From Acidiferrobacteraceae bacterium (lineage in GTDB: Bacteria > Pseudomonadota > Gammaproteobacteria > Arenicellales > UBA868), in assembly GCA_018698075.1 (NCBI GenBank), contig JABINT010000024.1, positions 1,929 through 65,928 on the forward strand: a DNA stretch of 64,000 nucleotides, in the 5' to 3' direction. The notes beneath the pieces were generated by a model that ran no database searches, was not told the origin of the DNA, and saw only the letters and a list, made by a program, of their open reading frames with translations. Below are positions 9,960-17,054 of the stretch, piece after piece; positions within the stretch are counted from its first letter, which is position 1, and the number at the start of each line of letters is the position of its first letter. The translations under genes were made by a program, and so were the position numbers.

Positions 9960-10059
9960 TGTTGACCATCGGGGACCATAAAGGTCTGACCATAGTCTTT
10001 TCGTGCAACTAAACTCCTGCGTTGTGTCACACGATACAGATCAGCCGTATGGAGCTAAA

Positions 10060-10087
10060 AAATAACCCCGCCGAGGCGGGGTTATTT
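10060..10087. terminator. Intrinsic terminator, probably bidirectional
   Basis: AAATAACCCCGCC-GA-GGCGGGGTTATTT between convergent genes, with A/T runs on both sides. Confidence 0.85.
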
Positions 10088-10125
10088 GTCGACTGGTCAG
10101 CGCCAGCCTCATATGACTTCTACCG

Positions 10126-10512
10126 TTAGAGTCTGGAGCGGATCCTCAGGAATCCGATCAGCAATAGCGCCGTCAGGACGGAGACAATTATTGCATCGTC
10201 AAAGACAGCGGTTGCACCCGTTAGATGCTGGTGCCAAAGGTTTATTAAGATACCGATCTGGGCAATGACTAGCGCCATAAAAAACGTACTACTGCCTTCA
10301 GGACCATTGATAAAGGTCCGAATCAGGCCGACGGCAATGCCAAGCCAGGTAAAACCGAGGACACGGGCCAGCACAACCGACTCTGCCCCCATACCGTTTT
10401 CCGCTAGCCAGGCCTCAGTCATAAAAAGAAGTTGGGCCACATAGAATACGCTCCCCAGGGTAAATAAAGCCAAAGCGATTGCAGCGGGTGTATCGTTGTA
10501 CTTTTTGAGCAT
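10126..10512 (-). CDS. Hypothetical 4-TM membrane protein
   Basis: 128 aa, four hydrophobic segments, followed by terminator. Confidence 0.7.
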   Translation of the reverse strand: MLKKYNDTPAAIALALFTLGSVFYVAQLLFMTEAWLAENGMGAESVVLARVLGFTWLGIAVGLIRTFINGPEGSSTFFMALVIAQIGILINLWHQHLTGATAVFDDAIIVSVLTALLLIGFLRIRSRL

Positions 10513-10718
10513 ATGAAACCCCTTGTACTTTGAAAGGAACTCTATTTTACGACATCAATGTTTAAATGCAAAATCAAGCATTGCTTGTCGAAAATAGGCC
10601 AACACAGATCAGCGGTCGACATAGTTAGTACTCACTTTAAAAAGGTTTCGTATCGTCAGGGTTTTTATTAATATAGGCGTGACGTACACAAGTTTCCTGA
10701 ATCTAGGAGGATATCAAC

Positions 10719-11003
10719 ATGGCAGTTTATCGGATCACTCGTTTTACAAGTTCAGACGCAGATAAGGCAATATCGATGGCTGAAGGGGCGCGCGAAGAAG
10801 TTGCAGCAGCCGGTGCCGACTTCATCGATATTGTTATGGATGATGATGGTAATGGCGTGGTCGTTGCCAAGTATCCTGATGCTGCCACTATGGAGGTGGC
10901 TACAGCCGTTGCAATGGGGGTCTTCGGTAAGATGATTGCCGAAGGTGCGATCGACGCAGACTCAATCGATGTTTGGGCTGGGAATGTTGTTGCCTCAATT
11001 TAG
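10719..11003 (+). CDS. Small hypothetical protein, probable ferredoxin-like/dimeric alpha-beta barrel fold
   Basis: Strong AGGAGG RBS; 94 aa; YRITxFT start shared with 27264..27548. Confidence 0.75.
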   Translation: MAVYRITRFTSSDADKAISMAEGAREEVAAAGADFIDIVMDDDGNGVVVAKYPDAATMEVATAVAMGVFGKMIAEGAIDADSIDVWAGNVVASI

Positions 11004-11108
11004 GCGCTGACCGCGATCCAGTCTTCAAGAAGCGCCAGGGATGGCAAGCTTGTTGAAGATTCCTACGACTGTCTATCCGGTTGCCCGGATCGCCTGCCTG
11101 TAAGTTAG

Positions 11109-11876
11109 TCAAAACTTTGCAAGCAATTGACCATATCCGTGGAAGTGGTCATTGATGCCTGCAAGGCGCAGGGTGTCCCAGATCATTGCCTGGTTTGAAC
11201 AGATCACCGGTTTGCCAATTGTCGCTTCGATCTCGTCGATGACATCTAGGGCTCGCAACGCACCACATGAGATAAATATCGCGTCTGCATCGTCACGGTC
11301 CAGCGAGATAGCAAAATCTTTGATGAATTCGGGCTTTACCCGCACCATGTCGCTGTCTTTTTCAAGATTGAGCCCTTCGATAGCCAAAATTTCAAAGCCG
11401 CGAGCCGACATATATTCAGATTCGCGCTGATTGATTTCATCGAGATATGGAGTGGCGATGACAATTCTTTTAGCACCCACCGCGTTTAGGGCGCGGATTA
11501 CTCCAGTGATCAATGAGGTAGCCACCGCACCAGGTTGACCCTTCTTAAGTTCTAAGAACACGCGCTCCTCACCAATGACCAGTGAGCCAGAAGTGCAGGC
11601 ATAGCAAATCACATCAAGTGATCCGTCAGGTAGAAGGGTGGATGCCGCATCCGCAAGAAACTCTACCTGTTTGGCAAATGTTTCATTGGTGATGGAATCG
11701 GGATTAGGGGCTCGGCTCAGGTGGATACCCACTCCCTCGGGCCTCAATTTCATTACGTCGTCTTGAATGGTTTGCTCAGTCGCGAGCAGGACATAGCCGA
11801 TCTTGGCGCGATGGTGACGTCCCTGATCAAAGTCTACGCAATAGCGCTCAGAAGTAATAGACCGTTGATCGTTCAT
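11109..11876 (-). CDS. Asp/Glu racemase / maleate isomerase family (EutA/arylmalonate decarboxylase-like)
   Basis: YACTSGS and FISCGAL catalytic Cys motifs, ATPY, PVICSNQA; likely start at 11876. Confidence 0.85.
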   Translation of the reverse strand: MNDQRSITSERYCVDFDQGRHHRAKIGYVLLATEQTIQDDVMKLRPEGVGIHLSRAPNPDSITNETFAKQVEFLADAASTLLPDGSLDVICYACTSGSLVIGEERVFLELKKGQPGAVATSLITGVIRALNAVGAKRIVIATPYLDEINQRESEYMSARGFEILAIEGLNLEKDSDMVRVKPEFIKDFAISLDRDDADAIFISCGALRALDVIDEIEATIGKPVICSNQAMIWDTLRLAGINDHFHGYGQLLAKF

Positions 11877-12005
11877 CCTATTTCTTTCGATCACAAAATG
11901 CACCAATAAAGCAAAAGGGTGACAGGTTTGAAAATGCGCTGCACACCACTTTCGTCGGGCTATTCCCCGGGTTATAGTCGTACTTTAATCTAAAGGTTAA
12001 CTGTC

Positions 12006-13163
12006 ATGCTCGAAGAGGCCCGCCAACGGTCGTATCGGATGCAGGCCAGACTGCGTGATGCCGGACTAGACCTTGCCCTTATCACCGATGAGAGTTCCAT
12101 CGCTTACTTTGCAGGTTTCTGGGGCTACTTGTCTGTCGAGTTTGGGCGCCCCACATTTTTGATCATCCGTGCGTATGACGAGCCAGTTGTGATTACGCCG
12201 TTGATGGAAAGCGAAATGGTAGGCGCCATGACCTGGATTGATAATGTTCAGACCTGGGAGGATGTCGGCCCCAATGGCTGGGATGCGGTACTGCAACAGA
12301 CCTTGGGAAACGGTTTAAGCAAGTTGGGTATTGAGCATGAGTCCATGCCTGTCATTGTTCGAAACTGCCTGGATGAGCAATTGAAAGGCGTTGAACTTCA
12401 GGATGTTTCGAATTTGATCGGCGACATGCGGATGATCAAATCACCGCTTGAGATCGAAGTGATGAAGCAGGCAGGACAGATAGCCGGTGCCATGATGGGT
12501 GCAGCCGAAGGAGCATTGGCCGAGAACGCACCGGAGTATGAAGCAGCACTTGCGGTGATCAATGCGGGAACGCGTAAGGCAGCGGATTTTCTGACAGCTA
12601 AAGGTTGGGAGCAGTTTGTCTCGCCACTGATTCACAATCTGCAGATCATGCAGTCAGGCACCGATACCTCGATGGTGCACCGGCGGGCCAGTGTAAAACG
12701 CCTTGAAAAGGGTGATCCAGTATATTTTTGTTTTTGCAATATGGCGCAGTTCAAGCAATACAAATTGGGGTTCGATCGAATGTTTCATATCCTGAAAGTC
12801 TCAGATGAAGCAGCACGTGTGCAGCAAGCAGCCATCGATGCGCAGCAGGCAGCGATTGCAGCGGTTCGACCGGGAGTCACTGCCGAGTCGATTGCTCAGG
12901 CAGCAAACGAGGTTTACCGGGAAAGAGGATACGAAACCGGTTATCGTACTGGCCGGTCTATCGGCATGGCTTATCTGGAAAGTCCGGAGTTAAAGGAGGG
13001 TGATCAGACGCTGTTGAAAGCCGGTATGACTTTTGCGGTAGATGGTGGCATATCAGTCGATGGGAAACTGGGTGGGCGTATCGGGGATTCGATTGTAGTG
13101 ACTGAACACGGTTTCGAATATCTGACCGAATATCCGCGTAAGCTATTGGTCGTCAACCGATAA
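12006..13163 (+). CDS. M24/creatinase-fold Xaa-Pro peptidase family protein
   Basis: MRMIKSPLEI, RPGVTA, LKAGMTFAVD, RIGDSIVVTEHGFEYLT. Confidence 0.8.
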   Translation: MLEEARQRSYRMQARLRDAGLDLALITDESSIAYFAGFWGYLSVEFGRPTFLIIRAYDEPVVITPLMESEMVGAMTWIDNVQTWEDVGPNGWDAVLQQTLGNGLSKLGIEHESMPVIVRNCLDEQLKGVELQDVSNLIGDMRMIKSPLEIEVMKQAGQIAGAMMGAAEGALAENAPEYEAALAVINAGTRKAADFLTAKGWEQFVSPLIHNLQIMQSGTDTSMVHRRASVKRLEKGDPVYFCFCNMAQFKQYKLGFDRMFHILKVSDEAARVQQAAIDAQQAAIAAVRPGVTAESIAQAANEVYRERGYETGYRTGRSIGMAYLESPELKEGDQTLLKAGMTFAVDGGISVDGKLGGRIGDSIVVTEHGFEYLTEYPRKLLVVNR

Positions 13164-13168
13164 CGAGT

Positions 13169-13954
13169 TTGAAAGCAGCGGTATTTCAAAGCGACGGGGC
13201 GGGGTTGACCCCGGCACAGCGTCTGGACCGACTGGCAACCACTATTGACGGTGTCGATTGCGACCTGGTGGTCTGTCCGGAACTTTTCATGTCTGGCTAT
13301 AACACAGGGGACAAGCGAAGCGAGTTGGCTGAGACACTGGATGGACCTTTCTCGCGCGCGGTAGCAAAAGTGGCACACCAAAACCATACTGCTATCGTTT
13401 ATGGGTATCCCGAGCGCGAAGGGGATCGTATCTTTAATTCAGCCTGTTGTATCGCTGCCGATGGCGCACGGCTGGCGAATCATCGAAAGCTCGCCATTCC
13501 ACCCGGGATCGAGATGGGCCAGTTCGAGCCAGGCTCCAGTCTGACTTTCTTTGATTTGGGTGGCATACGTTTTTCGATTCTGATCTGTTATGACGCAGAG
13601 TTTCCAGAGGCAGTCCGTGCCGCGTGCTGTTTGGGTGCTCAGGCGGTGATCGTACCGACGGCGCTATCAGATCAGTGGGACCAGGTTGCTCACCGCGTGA
13701 TACCAGCGCGGGCATTTGAAAATGGCTGCTATCTGCTTTATGCCAATCATTCGGGCACGGAAGGCGAGCTCAACTATTTAGGGTGCAGTTGCATCATCGG
13801 CCCGGACGGACGTGATCTCGCACGCGCCAGTGCTGATGGTGAACTATTGACTGGCCAGTTGCTTTGGGAGCACGTGACCGAGGCGCGTACACGATTACCC
13901 TATTTCAGAGATCTTAAGGACCTTAAACCAAGACTGGCATCCAGATTGAATTAG
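13169..13954 (+). CDS. Carbon-nitrogen hydrolase (nitrilase superfamily)
   Basis: E-K-C triad motifs VCPELF, HRKL, LICYDAEFPE; ARAFEN. Confidence 0.9.
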   Translation: MKAAVFQSDGAGLTPAQRLDRLATTIDGVDCDLVVCPELFMSGYNTGDKRSELAETLDGPFSRAVAKVAHQNHTAIVYGYPEREGDRIFNSACCIAADGARLANHRKLAIPPGIEMGQFEPGSSLTFFDLGGIRFSILICYDAEFPEAVRAACCLGAQAVIVPTALSDQWDQVAHRVIPARAFENGCYLLYANHSGTEGELNYLGCSCIIGPDGRDLARASADGELLTGQLLWEHVTEARTRLPYFRDLKDLKPRLASRLN

Positions 13955-14215
13955 TCGAACCCAGAGGTTTTTGCAACTTTATAGTTGAATGTGACCTGGT
14001 TGGACAGTCTGTAACGAGTCGTGTTTATTTCAGCCACTGAACGACTGCGTAGGCCATCCAGAGGGCCGCAATAAGCAGTACGGTAATCCTCCAATCCATT
14101 AAATGTCCCGTTGTTTGCGTCGTGGTTTACTGAGTATAGCTCCTGAGATTGAATCCTGATCAGGGACGCTAAAAGGTCAGATCATGGGCATTAGCGATTC
14201 GACAAATTGGCCGAT

Positions 14216-14255
14216 TAAGTAAACGCGACATATTAGGATATGCCTCGTTTACTTA
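14216..14255. terminator. Hairpin downstream of the YdhR-like gene, possible terminator
   Basis: TAAGTAAACG...CGTTTACTTA perfect 10-bp inverted repeat with inner CATAT/ATATG pairing; AT-rich, no clear U tail. Confidence 0.4.
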
Positions 14256-14275
14256 TGCTCAAAGTTGTTTTGGAA

Positions 14276-14578
14276 CTAGAGTCCCCGAGTTACTCGGGTC
14301 GGACCTTCAATGACATCGAAATTCTTGGACACGATATTAGCCAAGGCTGGGTTGGATCCGACCATAGAAAACAGTTCTGAATTAATAAAGGCTTCATAGG
14401 CGTCTCGATCCTGCCAGATATAAACGCCGCCATAGGTATTGCTATCGTCATCAGCCAGCCAATGTTTTGAAACGAGACCCGGCACCGCAGCAAATGTCCC
14501 GGCCAGGTCGTTACAGACTGCGTCGTACTCGGCGCGGGTGATGCCCTCTAGGTTGAAATTAATAATCTGGATGTGCAT
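14276..14578 (-). CDS. YdhR family putative monooxygenase
   Basis: VPGLVSKHWL...NTYGGVYIW. Confidence 0.8.
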   Translation of the reverse strand: MHIQIINFNLEGITRAEYDAVCNDLAGTFAAVPGLVSKHWLADDDSNTYGGVYIWQDRDAYEAFINSELFSMVGSNPALANIVSKNFDVIEGPTRVTRGL

Positions 14579-14696
14579 ATCCCTTCTCCAAACGGTGGTT
14601 GTCGTCCGAGGTCTAGTTTAGTCGGAGTCTTCCCCTGGTTCCAGAGCGTATACCGAGTTAGTGCCTGTCGGCGGAGATCGTCTTTGTGAGGACTTT

Positions 14697-14712
14697 TGTG
14701 ACCCTCATCACA
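14697..14712. promoter_or_regulatory. CRP-family binding site (distal)
   Basis: TGTGA-CCCTCA-TCACA, perfect TGTGA-N6-TCACA core followed by TTT. Confidence 0.7.
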
Positions 14713-14737
14713 TTTGTTCCCCGATCCAACTCTTTTC

Positions 14738-14780
14738 GGTGATCAGGCGCACATTCTCTGCCTTCAGCTGAGTCAATAAT
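14738..14780 (+). promoter_or_regulatory. CRP-family site (proximal) plus -10 box; class II-like promoter of the precursor genes
   Basis: GGTGA-TCAGGC-GCACA at 14738..14753 (8/10 core) and AATAAT at 14775..14780; site centre about -41.5 from the inferred start near 14787. Confidence 0.55.
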
Positions 14781-14826
14781 GAGGTCTTCGGATTTGACCA
14801 GACCAACATAACCTAAGGAGACGAAA

Positions 14827-15042
14827 ATGACCAAACAGCAAACCCAGTTGACGATGGATGAATTGAATCAGGTATCCGGCAGCTACGAACTCAAGAATGT
14901 CCAGGTGACAAGCTTTAATCCATCGAAATCCCGCGTAAACAAGTCACCAAACAGCCTTCTTTTGATCGAGGGTTTGGGGTCACAAGAGGGGCGAGGGCAG
15001 AACGGGAAATATGGCCACAGCAATAAGCCCAGCCAGTACTAG
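14827..15042 (+). CDS. Double-glycine-type leader peptide precursor 1
   Basis: AAGGAG RBS; leader MTKQQTQLTMDELNQVSGS fits L(-12), E(-8), L(-7), V(-4), G(-2), S(-1); adjacent to C39 exporter. Confidence 0.75.
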   Translation: MTKQQTQLTMDELNQVSGSYELKNVQVTSFNPSKSRVNKSPNSLLLIEGLGSQEGRGQNGKYGHSNKPSQY

Positions 15043-15141
15043 AAAAAGGACAGATCGTGCAAGCAGGCGGAAAATATCCATGACCACTCAGGAATCAGAT
15101 TATGGGTGGAGCGGAAAAAACCCATCACAGAGGTGAAGAAG

Positions 15142-15402
15142 ATGATCAACAAAAAGAATATCCATAAAACAGTTATCTTAGGTGACGACCAGTTACAGGC
15201 CATAATCGGCGGTGGCGATTCAGGTGAAGACCATATCGACCCAAAGCCAAAAGATATCAAGTGGCTGGAAAAAGTGTGCAGTGACCGCGACTATGCAAAT
15301 ACGTCAGAGGGCACACTGGTATGCCACGACCTTCTTAAATCAAAGAAATTGGATAAGGATGGGTGCACAGGAGGCGATCGACCATGGGAGTTTCGATGGT
15401 AA
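15142..15402 (+). CDS. Double-glycine-type leader peptide precursor 2
   Basis: GAGGTG RBS; leader MINKKNIHKTVILGDDQLQAIIGG fits L(-12), L(-7), I(-4), GG; 62-aa core with 3 Cys. Confidence 0.8.
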   Translation: MINKKNIHKTVILGDDQLQAIIGGGDSGEDHIDPKPKDIKWLEKVCSDRDYANTSEGTLVCHDLLKSKKLDKDGCTGGDRPWEFRW

Positions 15403-15529
15403 TCATGGCGCTGTTTGCCGGGTGACCTAGCCAATTTAAAATCCGTGATTCAGTATTACATCACTGACAACTGGATCGCGATTTATTGGCAGATCTTCCA
15501 CCTTGGAAAGGTCGTAACCCGGTATAGGC

Positions 15530-17017
15530 TCAGAATCCTTCCCAGTCTCTTAGAGCGGGCACGGCAAAAGCAAGCGGTGGATGGCGCCTAATGATGGTTC
15601 TTGCAACTAGCGAGGTTCCGGCAGCAACCGGAAATTCAACTCCACCCCCAGATGCCCAGAGATAGCCGCTGGGGTGTTCTGAATCCAGGGTTAGGGTTGC
15701 TACAACTTCGATTCGCGCTCCAGCGCCGACCATCTGTTGGGCAAGGTAATCGTGCCCAATGGTTAATGCAGCCGCATCCGGTGTTACCGGAAGTTTTGAC
15801 ACAGATTGAACGGTCGCAAGCAATGTTCGGGAGTTTTTCGATGCCAGGGGTAAAGCAGAACCCGTCGGATTAATGACCGATGGCATCATCAATTCCATTG
15901 ACATACCCGGTTTTATTTTCTTGCCATCACTGTTCGGATAATAGGCGACGATCTCAAGTGTCTCAGAGTCATCGTGTCTATCGATTACGGCAATTTCGTT
16001 GCCGGGCCTAACTACCGCGCCAGTGCCAACCGTTAGCTCGAGAATCTGGCCCGTTGCCGGACTTCGAATCTGACTCTGTTCGCGTAGTTGTGCGTTAAGG
16101 CCGTCCAGATGGCGCTGAAGACGGGCATGGTCCAGCCGGTTTTTATAATTCGCCTCGGACACTTCCTGATCGAGCCTGGCAGTGTCAGCCAAGGTCTGCA
16201 GTAGTTCCCGACGCAGATTATCCACTGCCTGTTCACGCTCTTTGGCTTCTTTTGCGCTTTGCAGGTATCGTTCGGCTGCCGCAACTCGCGAGCGATTAAG
16301 TTCTAAGTGTCTGACGTCGATTTCCGCCAATACAACCTGCTGGTCGGTCGTGGCCTCCCGGGCAGCAAACAGGTCCTCCTCGGTTAGGAGTTCTTTCAGG
16401 CGTAATTTCTCAGCACGCCCAAGCCGGGCTTTCAGTTCAGCATCCTGACGTGACTCGAGTTCTTTCACGCGTAGTAGTTCGGTTTCCTGCGCAGCAAAGA
16501 ACTCCCGCTCCTGGTTGATGGACAAGCGACTGGTATTTCTAAGTTGCTGGGTCTCATCTACGAGGACCCGAATCCGCTTTTTTGTCTTGTCGCGTTTGTT
16601 CTGGAGGACCTGTCGTTCCAGGTCCACATTCCTGTCATGTAGCGCTGTTGTCTTTTCTTGCGTGGCTAAGAGCTCAGCAAGCTCGTTACGTGTAGCACTG
16701 ATTTGCTGTTTCAGCAAAGGCCGTTCGATAACGGCTAGTAACTGGTCACGTTCGATGACATCGCCAGGGCGGACCCGCCAGCTGGCAATCCTTCCGCTAG
16801 TGCCTGATTCCACTGATATTACCGAGTACCGATCGACCACGACAGAATGCCCCGAGACGGTGACCGGCAAACGACCGGTGACCAGATATACCAAAGCGCC
16901 CAGGAGAATAACGCCCAGAACCGCTATCACGATTGTGTCAGCCATGCGAGCAACTGGCAGATGGCGAGCGATATCCTCCGGTGAGCGTAAGGCGACGTTG
17001 GCGGTGTTATTGGGCAT
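15530..17017 (-). CDS. NHLM bacteriocin system secretion protein (HlyD family), copy 2
   Basis: LRSPEDI, single N-terminal TM, VRPGDVI, long coiled coil, IRSPATGQI, KKIKPGM, SGYLWASG. Confidence 0.85.
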   Translation of the reverse strand: MPNNTANVALRSPEDIARHLPVARMADTIVIAVLGVILLGALVYLVTGRLPVTVSGHSVVVDRYSVISVESGTSGRIASWRVRPGDVIERDQLLAVIERPLLKQQISATRNELAELLATQEKTTALHDRNVDLERQVLQNKRDKTKKRIRVLVDETQQLRNTSRLSINQEREFFAAQETELLRVKELESRQDAELKARLGRAEKLRLKELLTEEDLFAAREATTDQQVVLAEIDVRHLELNRSRVAAAERYLQSAKEAKEREQAVDNLRRELLQTLADTARLDQEVSEANYKNRLDHARLQRHLDGLNAQLREQSQIRSPATGQILELTVGTGAVVRPGNEIAVIDRHDDSETLEIVAYYPNSDGKKIKPGMSMELMMPSVINPTGSALPLASKNSRTLLATVQSVSKLPVTPDAAALTIGHDYLAQQMVGAGARIEVVATLTLDSEHPSGYLWASGGGVEFPVAAGTSLVARTIIRRHPPLAFAVPALRDWEGF

Positions 17018-17054
17018 TTTAGAATTTAAGACGGGGAATTGTTCCGGAGTTAGT

